DNA of 64,000 nucleotides from Takakia lepidozioides (Eukaryota > Plantae > Bryophyta): positions 42,036,001 to 42,100,000 of the forward strand of contig CM060734.1 of the NCBI GenBank assembly GCA_030704615.1, given 5' to 3'. Shown piece by piece: positions 13,901 through 26,340 of the stretch. A program made the translations under genes and the position numbers. The number at the start of each line of letters is the position of its first letter. The stretch's first letter is position 1. Under the pieces are notes generated by a model that was not told the DNA's origin, ran no database searches, and was given only the letters and a program-made list of their open reading frames with translations.

Positions 13901-15009
13901 CGGGTTTGAATAGCTCTCTGCCCAGGTTACAGCAATACTATGATTGCAGAGGAGGAATGAGAATAGCACATAAGAGCCTTAGTAAACATGGGAATGACAG
14001 TGAAAAGAATTTTGTAGTCTCAATTGAGATCTAGACAGGTTATAATGTACATGGTTCAATTGTTTTTCTAGAGACAGACAGACACACCTTTCTTGCCTAA
14101 TTTCCAGTAGCTCCCTTCCCAATACTTCCTTGTGCTTGGCCACAAAGCGAAGATGGAAGCTTTGCACCTATGGGAAGGTTTCTCTTTATTGCCTTGCTAG
14201 CAGTGCTATCAGATGTGTTTTTGTCATCAGAACATTTTTTGTCTTCTGAAGCCATAATTGCTACAATACTTGCTTTGAATTCTACCTTTGCAAAAAATGG
14301 ATCCTTCTCTCGTGGTTCCACTTTACAAAGTCCTGGTCATGTGATTTCTGTGGTACAAAGCCCTGAACTGCATCCGAAGGCTCCGCATATTCAAAACTGT
14401 CTAGAGTTTTACTAGACACATGCTTCTTGACACCCAAACCAGCACATCCGTCTCCCTTTCTTGAATCTGTAAAATGTTCAGACTCATGTGGAGCTCTCAA
14501 AAGCTGGCCATTAGTGAAAACTGTGGAATCATATTGCAGAAATTTGGGAAGTTCACTTTGATACTCCATCTGTTTTCACAAACACTTTCTTAGCAAGTGC
14601 ACTGAGCATTATGGTTGTCAATTCTCTACTGGCTCAAAATATAATATGGAGACATGCTTGCACAATGGATCAAACTGGATGTGTCACTCTTCTTGGCAAT
14701 TGCCAAATCAAAATGATTAGATCCCCTTATTGTAACCTTGTAAAATGATCTAAATACAGACCTATTCCAAATTTATTTGGAGATCACCAGATTGTTGAGA
14801 GGTTGTGCCTCCGTACTTCCAGAATATGGCCATCATGACCAATGATTGTCTTCATCTAAATACAAGATCCCAATCTAAGTGCCAGAGTCTTTCCCTGTTC
14901 AAGAAAGAAAGAAATCAAATGAAATGGTACTTTAAGAAGTCCCCGGGAAGTTCATAGAGCTTATGGGACAAAATGGGAAAAACAAGAGAGAAGATAGAAA
15001 ACCAGAGCC

Positions 15010-15390
15010 ATCAAACTCTGGGGAGACTTGGGACATGCCAAAGTCAGCCACTTTAGTTATCAGATTGTCATCCAATAGACTTTTGTTGGGTTTCCACATC
15101 CATGTGTCTTGCATTGCGCCCAACAGAGCACAAGGTTTACTAAGTACTAGCCTTCACCACATTTGAGATGTGGTCTTCTTCCCCCTGCTTTTAGGAACTT
15201 GAAAAACAAAGCATGTCCAGAAGACGTACTCCTGACCCTACTCATTATTGTGTTTCTTTTCCAGACGATATAGCTATAGCAAGACCGCATTTCAGCAATA
15301 GAAGGTAGCTCAGATAGCAGAAGTATACCGCAAAAGTGGAGATACTCGAAGCTTTGGGCTACGCCCACTACTATTTCCAGCCACTTGTAG
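15010..15390 (-). pseudogene. Receptor-like kinase fragments
   Basis: IVVGVAQSFEYLH and KPNKSLLDDNLITKVADFGMS (degenerate subdomains VIa-VII). Confidence 0.65.
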
Positions 15391-16419
15391 GTATCAATCT
15401 AAGTGCCAGAATCTTTCCATGTTCAAACTTCAAAGAAAGAAAGGAATAAAATGAAATGGTACTTCATGAAGTCCCCGGAAAGCTCATAGAGCTTATGGAG
15501 TATTTCCTACTGGATCCTTTGGTAGGTCTGCAAATTGATGTCAGTCCAAATCGTATGAGACTATATTTGAGTTAAAGTTACGTGACCTTCATGGGAAAAT
15601 AATGTTGTGATCGTGACACGACGTGTTTGTTGAAATAGTCTTACCGTTAGTAGTCCTAAGCACTTGTACTTGTTGACAATTTTTGTCTCGTCTTGTACAG
15701 ACGTTGAAGGACCATCAAGAATCTGTTGTCATTACTTACGTATACACACGAACATTGTAAGAATTAACTTGGAGAGGTATTCCCTGATGGTCCCGACCAC
15801 TCTCGCTAGTTTTTGCATTTTTTGAATTCCTTAATGGCTAGACTTGTATTGCACATAGTCATATTAGACACATGCGAATATCTTTGTAGAGCTCAATACA
15901 TACATTGTTACAAGCATTTCTGAAACTCAATTGAACACAGCATAACTCACCATAACTTAAGCTTAAGAGCAAACAATATGCAGCTATACAAATTATCCTA
16001 CCTTAATCAGATTTTTTTGGTGTTTTAATGTCAAAGGTTTGAAAGCCTTAAGTAACCTTAGCGCTTCCACCCTCGACAAAGGTCCCAGCTGTGAACAGCA
16101 AGTCCTGGTATACTTGGATAGAATATATAGGCTTCTTCGATTGCATCAACTTTAACCCTCCTTGTATTGTACTGAACGGTAAGGACGAATTTGGGCATGC
16201 TAACCGCATCTGCTTATAGTGCACATTCTGACCTGTAAATCCAGAGAAATTCCCATTCTCTTCTGTTTGTTGGGTGGATGTTCAGTATGATGGGGACCCC
16301 ATTGGGAAAAAGGGTCACAAGGGAATAGATGTAGAGTGCTTGCAATAAAAAGCCATGAAAGCCCATATATCGGACAAACACAACATACAGACCCAGTGTT
16401 AGTCAAGCAATTTGTGTAC

Positions 16420-16925
16420 CTATTGTTGATCCACTTGTTCCAGTCATCCCAGTCCTCCACAATCTTCTGCCATTCCAAACCTGATGAGTTAAACAAAAAA
16501 AGGGTGAAGAACCATGTAGCCACCAGAAACCACATTGAGAAGGTGATCAAGACCCTTGTGAGATGAAGCATAGACACTGTACACTATGAGTAACATCCGG
16601 ATCTCAATAGCTTTAGTGAAGTCAGATCAGGAGTACAGCCTGTAATTCTCGGCGAACCGCTCATGCCGTACGACGAATCCGCGGCCGGTTGCCTGATACT
16701 TAGCACCGCCATGTAGCACTATACGGCCAAAGTAGTGGGTCTTTGTCCCCAAAGTGAAAGTAAAAGAAACCGAGGCAAGCTGAAGCTGCATGATGAAAAC
16801 ATAATTCAGTACCATGTGGAACCGTCTTTCAATCCCGATCTTGATCAGCATTAGGGCCATAAGTAACCCTAGCTGCACCAAGGATTGTGATGCCAAAACA
16901 GCCGTAAAGGCTATCTTGTTTCCTA
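16420..16925 (-). pseudogene. Callose synthase (GSL/CalS) fragment; shorter copy at ~20420-20550
   Basis: LASQSLVQLGLLMAL, FTFTLGTKTHYFGRIVLHGGAKYQATGRGFVVRHERFAENYRLYS and WQKIVEDWDDWNKWI; truncated, with internal deletions. Confidence 0.9.
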
Positions 16926-19079
16926 AATACAACAAGGACTTATCGCCATGGAGGTTTTGAGAACATATTCTGGGAAGTTAGATTATGTCCTCTTGTATAC
17001 GATCATCTTGAAAGCTGGAGGTGCCCAGAGGATCTTCAGGAAGCTCTTGAGAATTGATGAGAGAGGCTAAGACTTGGCCTTCTGGCATAGCCAATTCAGG
17101 AAGAGGGAAGTCACACTCTTCCATCATCAATTAGATTTTGATGTGACGGTAACTCACCTGGCATAAGAAAATAGAACCCCCCTATAAATAGTGATCATAG
17201 TAAAAGCATAGCTCACACTATGTAAAACAAATCATAGGCTAAGGGCCAATGGCTACACTGTTCCCAACATACAGGTAGTGTGTATTTGTGTAGGTTTACT
17301 TTTATGATTTATTTGTCACTATGAACCGGTGAAAGGGTCTACCTCCCTATTGGATACTTGAAATGTTAGTGTAGATTGACGAGGGGTTGTGCAGTGTCAG
17401 TGCTTTGACATTGCATTGAATTCACCATAGCCAATACCGTTAGATGTGTGTGGATTTGATACCCTCAGTTAAACGGTAACCACTTCCAAAAACCTAGCAT
17501 ACCAAGGGAACTGTGTGAGATCAAATATTAGATCCTGCCAATAGAAGATAAAGTCTGCTCCAGTAGAGCCACCTGCTGTCTCCAAGAGAAGGCTTTTTCC
17601 CTTCCAACTTTCGAATTGCCTACACAATTGAACGGTAAGGACAAATTTGGGCATGCTAACCACATCTGTTTATGGTGCACATTCTGACCTATCAATCCAG
17701 AGGAAATTCCCTGTCCTATCCATGTGCCCCTCTCCTGGAATCTATCAGTTACAAAACCCCTTCATCCTCCCCCCACTACTTTCTGCTTTGACCACTTGGT
17801 TTTGGCAAGTCTGGTCCATTGAGTACATCTTTCTCTCCTTCCCACCTTCGGCACTTCCGCCCAAGAAAAGTAGAGGAAAGAGGGTTGTCAAACCTCAATG
17901 GTTGCCAAACCTTTAACACAGAGAACAATGTGTAGAGCTCAATACATTGTTACAAGCATTTCTGAAACTTAATTGAACACAACATAACTCACCATAACTT
18001 AAGCTTAAGAGCAAACAATATTCAGCTATACAAATTATCCTACCTTAATCAGATTTTTTTGGTGTTTTAATGTCAAAGGTTTGAAAGCTTAAGTAACCTT
18101 AGCGCTGCCACCCTCAACAAAGGCCCAGCTGTGAACAGCAAGTCCTGGTATACTTGGATAGAATATATAGGCTTCTTCGATTGCATCAACTTTAACCCTC
18201 CCTGTATTGTCACTATCACACCTGTCACTGCATTTATTTCCTGTCACAGTAAATTGATGAAGGCCTTTGAGTGCAACTGGAACTATTTAAACTCTTCATC
18301 TCTCCTTCTTTGCTGCCTATACCCTTATCAACACTCAATTCGAAATTGCCCAGTGTTTGTGAGCAGGGGGATAACAGCCCTACATCTGGTTATTGTTCAA
18401 AGGTAGCCTCCCCACCCCGAGTTTAAATTTAGTGTCGAGGGTAGGTAGGCCCTTTAGATCATCCTCAAGGTCCTCACCTCTGTCACAAACTTCAAGGAAG
18501 TTTTATACCTATGTTCATTTTGTTCAAAACATTCTTCATGCTCCCCAACATCGCCATAGGCACTTCCGCCTCCAAGTCAGCTTCGTCTAGCAGGGTTAGT
18601 TCTTCCTGCCTAATATTCTAGTACTTTGAAAATCTCCTCTACCTTTTTCTACTTGGACTTGGCCTGTTTAACAGGATGGTCTTGCTACCGAGAAATAGAG
18701 TCAATCATCTTAGGGTGTCTAGTATTAGGCATGTGATCATGGAACATGCTTAAGAAAATACATTAGGGATTGATCAGAGGTCTAGTCTGTTGTCAGGGCC
18801 CAGGCCTGCGCAAACAAGTCACAACTCAGTCCTTAGCAATGTATTTATGAATCTATGCACTCAACTACGCATTCTTTTATCTTTCTCCATTAGCCCCGAG
18901 AAAGGTGCAGGAATCGCTCTTTCGCAACCACGCTGAATCCACTATACCCAAGGGCACATAGTACCCATCACAAGGATAGATAATACCAACATTCATAGCA
19001 ACATAAAATGACTACATCTTCTCATTCTCAACATCACCATGATAATCTATCTCATTTGCGATAGAAATGAACAGAGAGC

Positions 19080-19170
19080 ATACCGGAATTTTTCCATCTT
19101 GGGAGCCACTGTAAAGAGTTTCCCCCCCCAAAGCCAGGGTGGTGACTTTGCTCCCACAATTGAGGATTGC
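19080..19170 (-). pseudogene. WD40-repeat fragment
   Basis: GSKVTTLALGGETLYSGSQDGKIPV resembles a single WD40 blade. Confidence 0.5.
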
Positions 19171-19539
19171 TACTTTCAACACTCTCTCCTGTAACCATAC
19201 CTCTGTCAAGTGAGATCAAATATTAGATCCTGCCAACAGAAAATAAAATTTGCTCCACTAGAGGCACCGGCTGTCTCCAAGAGAAAGCTTTTTCCCTTCC
19301 AACTTTCGAATTGCCTACACTGAACGGTAAGGACGAATTTGGGCATGCTAACCGCATCTGCTTATAGTGCACATTCTGACCTGTAAATCCAGAGAAATTC
19401 CCACTAAAGGCTTGGTGATCAGTCAGTAAATAAGGGATTAAGGATTTAGGATTTAGGCTTAGCCTCAAGATTTTGAAAGTTGGTGAATAGAGGTGCAAGG
19501 ACATTGTTCTTGATTGTCCTGCAGAGGGTCACAATATCC

Positions 19540-19541
<2 letters not shown>

Positions 19542-19600
<59 letters not shown>
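19542..19600. repeat. (GA)n microsatellite
   Basis: Uninterrupted GA dinucleotide run. Confidence 0.99.
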
Positions 19601-19602
<2 letters not shown>

Positions 19603-20737
19603 GGTTTGATTTGAGGCATATGAAATTCTTTGAGAAAAATATAGAATCTTAACTGGAAAGATACATTTAAAAAGGACGCAAAGTCTGGCCTGAAGAAGCT
19701 GGAAAGCACAGATTTTATTTTTGAGTTGGGAGCGCTCCTCACCTTCCATCTATTGGTACTTGTTTTTGTTCGATTGCTCCCAAAATTCCAACTTTTAAGT
19801 CTCTCTTGATGCATGAGGTCTGGAGCTCTGGAGCCTTTGATTGCACACCTGGTTATTGTCATGTCCAACTTCCACCATAGTTTGGTAGTCTACCGCTGTC
19901 AATTTGGAACCAAAGCGTGTACTACCATAAATCAAAGAATAAAAGATTCTATATGTTAGCATGGATTGCATGACAGACCTGCTAAACTGTTTGATGGTAT
20001 TGATAGCAGCCGGTGCATTTATTTCTGTCACAGTAAATTGATGAAGGCCTTCAAGTTCAAGATCACACTGGAACGATTTAAACTCTTCATCTCTCCTTCT
20101 CTACCGCCTATACCCTTCTTGACACTCAATCCGAAATTGCCCAGTGTTTGTGAGCAGGGGGATAACAGCCCTACATCTCGTTATTGTTCAAAGTTAGCCT
20201 CCCCACCTCGAGTTCAAATTTAGAGCCATGGGTAGGTAGGCCCTTTAGATCATCCTCAAGGTCCTCACCCATGTAACAAACTTCAGGGAAGTTTTATGCC
20301 TATGTTCGTGTTGTTCAAAACATTCTTCATGCTCCCCAACATCGCCATAGACACGTCAGCCTTTGAGTCAGCTTCGTCTAGCAGGATTAGTTCTTCCTGC
20401 CTAATATTCAGGCACTTGAAAACGTCTTTCAATCCCGATCTCCATCAGCATAGGTAGGGCCATAAGTAACCCTAGCTGCACCAAGGACTTTGATGCCAAA
20501 ACAGCCGTAAGGGCTTTGTTGTTTCCTAAATACAACAAGGATTTTATCGCCATGGAAATTGATGGCAAAGTAAGGGATCTAATCTATCCTACTCCTATAC
20601 ACTTTACAGTTGTAGGTGCTGTTTCAAATGTCAATGGTGGATGTTAGGCATATTTATACTCACTTGTTCACTTTCTATACAACAAATGCGACAGATTTGG
20701 AAGGGGCTCAAGTTTGGGTGACCTGGTCTGTCTGTAG

Positions 20738-22180
20738 GTGGTAGGTGAATGCCATAGGAGACGACACCTCTGGCGACGTTTGTATGACATTTACTTGGGG
20801 TATCATCCTCATTCTTTTTCCAAATGTGCTGCCTCTTTATGTCTTAGCTGGAGGGCCAAAGGGTTTGGCAGAGTGCTTTTTTGCCAATCAAACTCTTACA
20901 CACCTAGACCCCTTTTATAAAAGATGTTTTATAGCTGAAATATGTTATGTTCTCTTAGGAGTTTTTGACAATTAACCAAGCATACTCATGCCTAGTTAAA
21001 TTAGCTTGAAACTTGAATAGTTGGGTTGAAGATCCATTGTAATTTGCATTACTGTTATGATGTTGGTTGGCAGCAATAAGCAGTTTGCAGCAGTTGAAAA
21101 TCCAGGGCTCTGGCACTGGACTTTTACCCTCAAAGATCAGGACCAAGGAATGCTGGCAGAAATTGACCATAATTGGCGAGGTTTTGGCCATGATACAAGA
21201 TCAAGCACAGTCTGTAGCCAAGGAGGCAGCTTCATCAGCAGTGCAATGTTGTTTGGTGAGTACATTCTTAGACTGTCACTTCCTTCAATTGATGCCTCAA
21301 TTTCAAGTGGCTGGAGGGGGTTTATGAGTTGGAGTTGGTTACCTTCAACATTTTTAGCTGATAATGTTTTTATTGTTCTCTTGTAGTTTTCTCAGATCAA
21401 GCAATGAGCAACAAACAGTTCTGACTGGAGTTTTTCTCAGATGCTTCACAGTGGTGGTTTCATAATGTACGTTCTTTTCAACTTGGACATGAAATAGTTT
21501 AAGGAGGGGTTTTGATTGACACTAGCTTTTTTATGGACTTGGCTGTTTCACTTGGTAACAATAATACTCTTCACTAGGAAAAGGTAGCAAAAGCACTGCA
21601 CCCATTTTTCTCGAAGGAGAAGACAACAACGTCCTACTGCGGCAGGTCCGTGCTCCAGTTTTAATTCAGATCCTCTGTGTTGGCATATGTAGGTACTATG
21701 CAATTCTCAAACTTGGTTCTCAGCAGTGATAGTGGCCTTCTCCACTTTGTCTTACATGAAAACTATCTGTACAAAGGCTAAGGGATCCTTGTTTGAATCT
21801 TGTATGCCCTCTGCTTTTAGGGTATTATATCAGGCTATTGCCAAGACTTTTAAGGGAAATTCTCTTAGAACTAACCTGGTCTGATGGACTACCTGTTATG
21901 GTGTGATTATGCTAACCTTTTTCTCCAATTCATTGAAGAAGTGTTGGATCTGCATGAGGGCCTGTCAGGAATTTGGGGTCCTATTATGGAGTGTATTACC
22001 CTAGCAGTTTTGATAATGAAGAGATAATATCCTTTTCCGGAATGAAAGGAAAGATCTCAGTAGCAGTAATTCAAAATGTCTATATCACTGAGGCCACTAA
22101 ATGGGTGTTGCAGTTCTTGCAAGCAAGGCAGCCATTTGTGGCATGTGTGTTGGATGCTAATGGCAATGAAGTGTGTCGGG
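20738..22180 (+). pseudogene. Phospholipid scramblase-family exon fragments
   Basis: VVGECHRRRHLWRRLYDIYLG (20738), FAAVENPGLWHWTFTLKDQDQGMLAEIDHNWRGFG (21080), NNVLLRQ|gt (21640) and QPFVACVLDANGNEVCRV (22130). Confidence 0.75.
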
Positions 22181-23949
22181 TATTACTTTTCTCCCTTCAT
22201 TATCTCTTCAACTCAATATGTTATAAAGTTCCTTCATCTTTCTCATTCTTTTCTAGTTTATACGCCCTCTTCACGAAAACAAACAGCCACATCTTGCCAG
22301 GTTTTGCAAGCATATGAGCATCACATTAGCCAAAGCCACTTGCAAGGCTTTGAAGATGGAGGCATGTGCTCTGTCCTCTCTCTCACAACAGAGGAGGTAC
22401 CTTCTCAACTTGCTACCTACTAAGGTCAACCAGAAGCTCCTCCATAGCCTTGCAATTTGCCATGAAGCTCTCATCCTTGATATCAACACTGTCTTTTAGT
22501 ACATTTAAACCCTGATAACGAGAGGATATAAGTTTTTGAACTTACCCTTAAATTGATATGATTGTGATGAAAATACATACAATATAAATAATTTAGAAAA
22601 TTTGATAAAGGCTTTACCAAGAGAGGTACATTCAGTGTAGGTTTTGTATGGGGAAGTTATACCAGGGATTTGCCATTTATTGACACTGATGTGTGGTCCC
22701 TCTTTAGTGAGGAGCCAACAAACCACCAGTGGCTCCTCCTTGAGCCTTTTTCTTGTCGAAAGTATTTTTCCCCCTTTTAACTCGAAAATTCCTCGAATTA
22801 GTATTTACAGGTTTTTCATCATACATTATGGTTCTATTTCATTATCGGTTTCGCATCACCAATGGATAAATCGATTGGTAATAGACTAGCCTATAAGTCG
22901 AATGATGATTGAATATTTTGAATTACCAAAATTTACTTATGATTATAATTGTTCAACAATTCTGATTTAACTGCACGTGAAGTATTAATCCAAATTAGAA
23001 TCTAATTCTTTTGTATTCTAGTTGTGGTAACTTCCCGTAACATAAATCCAAAGCAGAAAATGGAAATAAAAATTCAGATGGTTTTTTTGCTTCCAACAAT
23101 CATGAAACAAAATTATTGCATCCCTATTATAAGATCTATTAAAGGACATGAAAATATATATACATATATTTTTTACTGCCTCTCAGATGAGTCAATAATT
23201 GAGGCAATGCAATCACAAGGTGCAACGACCTTGTGATTCCAAGCAGGTAACCCTGTATGGTAACAAGGTGATTTTTCTTCAACGAGGAACAAAAGAAATA
23301 ATCCACTTCTAGTTCTTACTTTCGCCCAGAATATTATTTCGAAACATAATGGGGTGGGAAGGGACGCAAGTGAATGATAGGTAAAGGTAAGCCTCTCAAT
23401 TTGTTTTTAGAAAAAACCCCGAAAGATTTAAAAAAAATCCGGGTTTTTTTTTTCTTTTTATGTATGCTTAGCTCACATCACAATTATCTGATTTCAGTAA
23501 TATATTTGATGATCCTTGAGTTTTTGTCCCAGTTGTTGGAAGTGATTGGTTAATCTAAAGAGATAAAAATAGGACGAAAATTATTATATCTTAATGAAGT
23601 TTCGATATAGCACTTAATAGCAAACTAGGACCGTCACGTTTAGCTGGCGGTCGCCCATGCACAACAACCGCGGGCTAAATCTGCAATGTTCCAACGGGTG
23701 ACACGTGCCTTGAGGGTCCCATGTGTCCCAATAGAGTTAAGAGAATCGCATGCACAAACATGGACAAACATCTCCCTTCGCTTTATGATCACTTTTGCTC
23801 CTCCGTGAGTGCAGTTCCTTGGCTTCCTGTAGTCTTCGGACTTCGTTGCGTGGCACTGCCAACCTGGCAAAGGTGTTTGTTTGGGGAGGGAGAAGTTTTG
23901 TCGATTTTTAATTGGGTCGGTCCCACACCTATTCCAGCCCCTGTTCACC

Positions 23950-26340
23950 GTTCCATCGTTATAGCATCATGTCTTCACCATTTTGTCGTTTTAGGATCTC
24001 ATGTGACCCGTTTTTGCAGAAAATACGAAGATCGTAGCCACACACGTCCATTATTTCTTTTTCCTCCCATCCCGCTCCCGCTCCCACACTACCCAACCCT
24101 CATATACACATATATACCGACCTCCCAACACTTATCTTATTACCCACTACCCGCATGGCCGGTACCATCAACACCCACCCACATCTAAGCATTCTTTACA
24201 CCACCCTCCGTCCTACCATAATAAATTTAAGATTGCATGCGCAACACTTATACTAATGCGTTGTGGCGACATTCATCCCAACCCAGGTCCTACCACTATT
24301 AGCGATGTCATTGGCGAACTCCCCAGCGACCCCCAGGAAAGATACACGTTATATTTCCAAACGAACACCGTCTCCCTTATACTTGCGTATCAACACCTCT
24401 ACGATCACTTCTCTCCCTTCTTCCCCAAACAGCCAACCGCTACCCACACACCCACACAGCCAATCGCCACCTTCGGCCTCCCAAGCTGTCAATACCCAGC
24501 GCTCGCTAAGGCTGCCTATCAACTCAGACAATATCCAGTGCAACACCTCCTCTTCTCCCTAATCATCATCATTTCCCCACTACCCACGACAACAACTACT
24601 TTGCAGTCCATACAGATGCAAATGTCCGTGCACTTTTACTTAAACTACAAAACCTACCTGCACAGCCTCACCAATACTTAGCCCCCCCACACTACCTATC
24701 TGACCTGCACGCATCACTCCACCTCCTACGATCCAAACCCGGGGAAGTCCACAAAATACTCGGTGAACAGCTAGCAAGCCCCATCTTAGACTTTGACACT
24801 ATCACCAGCAAATTCCCCTTCTTATCCAAAAGCATCCTTAACGCCACTATCCAAGCTAGCTCCACTATTACCGATTATCAACCCCTACCTGCACCACCCC
24901 CACCCGCGCTCGCACCTATCCACAGCAGGGACCCAACACCCGCTGCATCTAATCACTCCCAACCCACTCCTTCTCAACACACAAACTCATTCTCACATAT
25001 TCCACGCCCCCGCATATCATTCTCTTACAAGAAACCAAACTCAATACAAATAACCCCAGCAGCTCCTATATCAACAAACTCCTTCCCGCCTACCACCTAC
25101 TATATGGGAACCCATTCTCTGCTACACAATGCCTCACACGACGATCAGCCCCGTACCACCCTACTCGCGGGGGAGTCGCGCTAGGCATCCTTTGCACGCA
25201 TCACTCCCCAAGCACTACAACCAAGCTACCTATTCCTATCCCTCTTTGCTCCCATCTCCAGATCATACAACTATATCCACCTGCACTCCACCCCATCACC
25301 CTCATACACTTATATATGCCCTCACATGCTGATGACCTTACGCTGATCCTTGACATCCTACACACAATCTCAGTCACCGTTACCCAACCTATTAACCAGC
25401 ACCACCACTTCATATTAGCAGGTGACTTCAATAGAGATATCGCCCTACTTGGCCATACTTACAATGGCACGCACAAATCCCCATCCCCACTGGACCATGA
25501 ATGGGCCAAATTTACTCAATTACATAAATTTTGATATATACCCGCTGACCACCACTACTCTAGACAAGGTGGACTTAACTACTCCTCATTAAGTCTACTA
25601 GACGGTTTCTACCTTTGAATACCGAGTGAGATTCCGGATTATCTTCAGTGCCACATCGACAGCATACGTAACTCTGACCACTATCATGTTTCAATATCCC
25701 TCCTGCCATCTCTCATTCCCTTCCGACCCACACCAACAGTACATACCCCACCACCACAATCTAGAATTCTCTCTCCACTCCCTCAGCGCAACATCGCCGC
25801 TTTCCAAAACCACTTCTACCCAACTGCCTCACTCCTTATACTAAAACTATCTTCCATCCTCACTGACACAAACCTAGCACAGTTCCCTGACAGAACTTGG
25901 CTCGAAGCCGAGGCCGCGCTCACATCTATAATGGAAGAAATGACCAATAGCGTCATCGCCACATGTTCCAAGGTCATTGTCATCGGCATCAAAGACGTCC
26001 TCAGGTCCTCCTTTGCAAGGATGTCGTGCTTCCGGAACCGGGACTCATCCGTACACAAAAATGTGCCTGGACCTCTCACCTTAATTCCTATGACACGATT
26101 CGACAAGCTCTCATTATCATACCCACTTCCCTCACGTCCCATCCAAGTAATAACTGGAAGTCCGACCCTCGCATTACCTGTTTAAATACCATGTCAACCT
26201 ATCAAGCGTTTATGCCTCCACCAGATGACCAATCCGCTATACCCAACTGGACTGCTGCTCTCTCCAAACTGGGTAGGGAAGCCAAAAAATCTGCATATCT
26301 CATTACCAAACAAAAGGCTACTGACAACCACAAAAAGTTT
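23950..26340 (+). mobile_element. Non-LTR retrotransposon piece 1: 2A-like motif, APE endonuclease and pre-RT linker (degenerate)
   Basis: GDIHPNPGP; FILAGDFN, LLDGFYL and SDHY APE motifs at 25400-25690; stops and frameshifts. Confidence 0.85.

Larger units (their letters stand above)
15885..20410. repeat. Patchwork of local duplications (15885-16170 ~ 17930-18210; 18210-18620 ~ 20015-20410; 17515-17710 ~ 19210-19400 ~ 16175-16250)
   Basis: Near-identical blocks, e.g. CATTGTTACAAGCATTTCTGAAACT, GGATAACAGCCCTACATCT and TGAACGGTAAGGAC.AATTTGGGCATGCTAACC. Confidence 0.85.

Noticed and set aside
12399-14569. Short ORFs at 12.4-14.6 kb as genes
   Set aside because: No recognisable motifs; they cannot be assigned without a database search.
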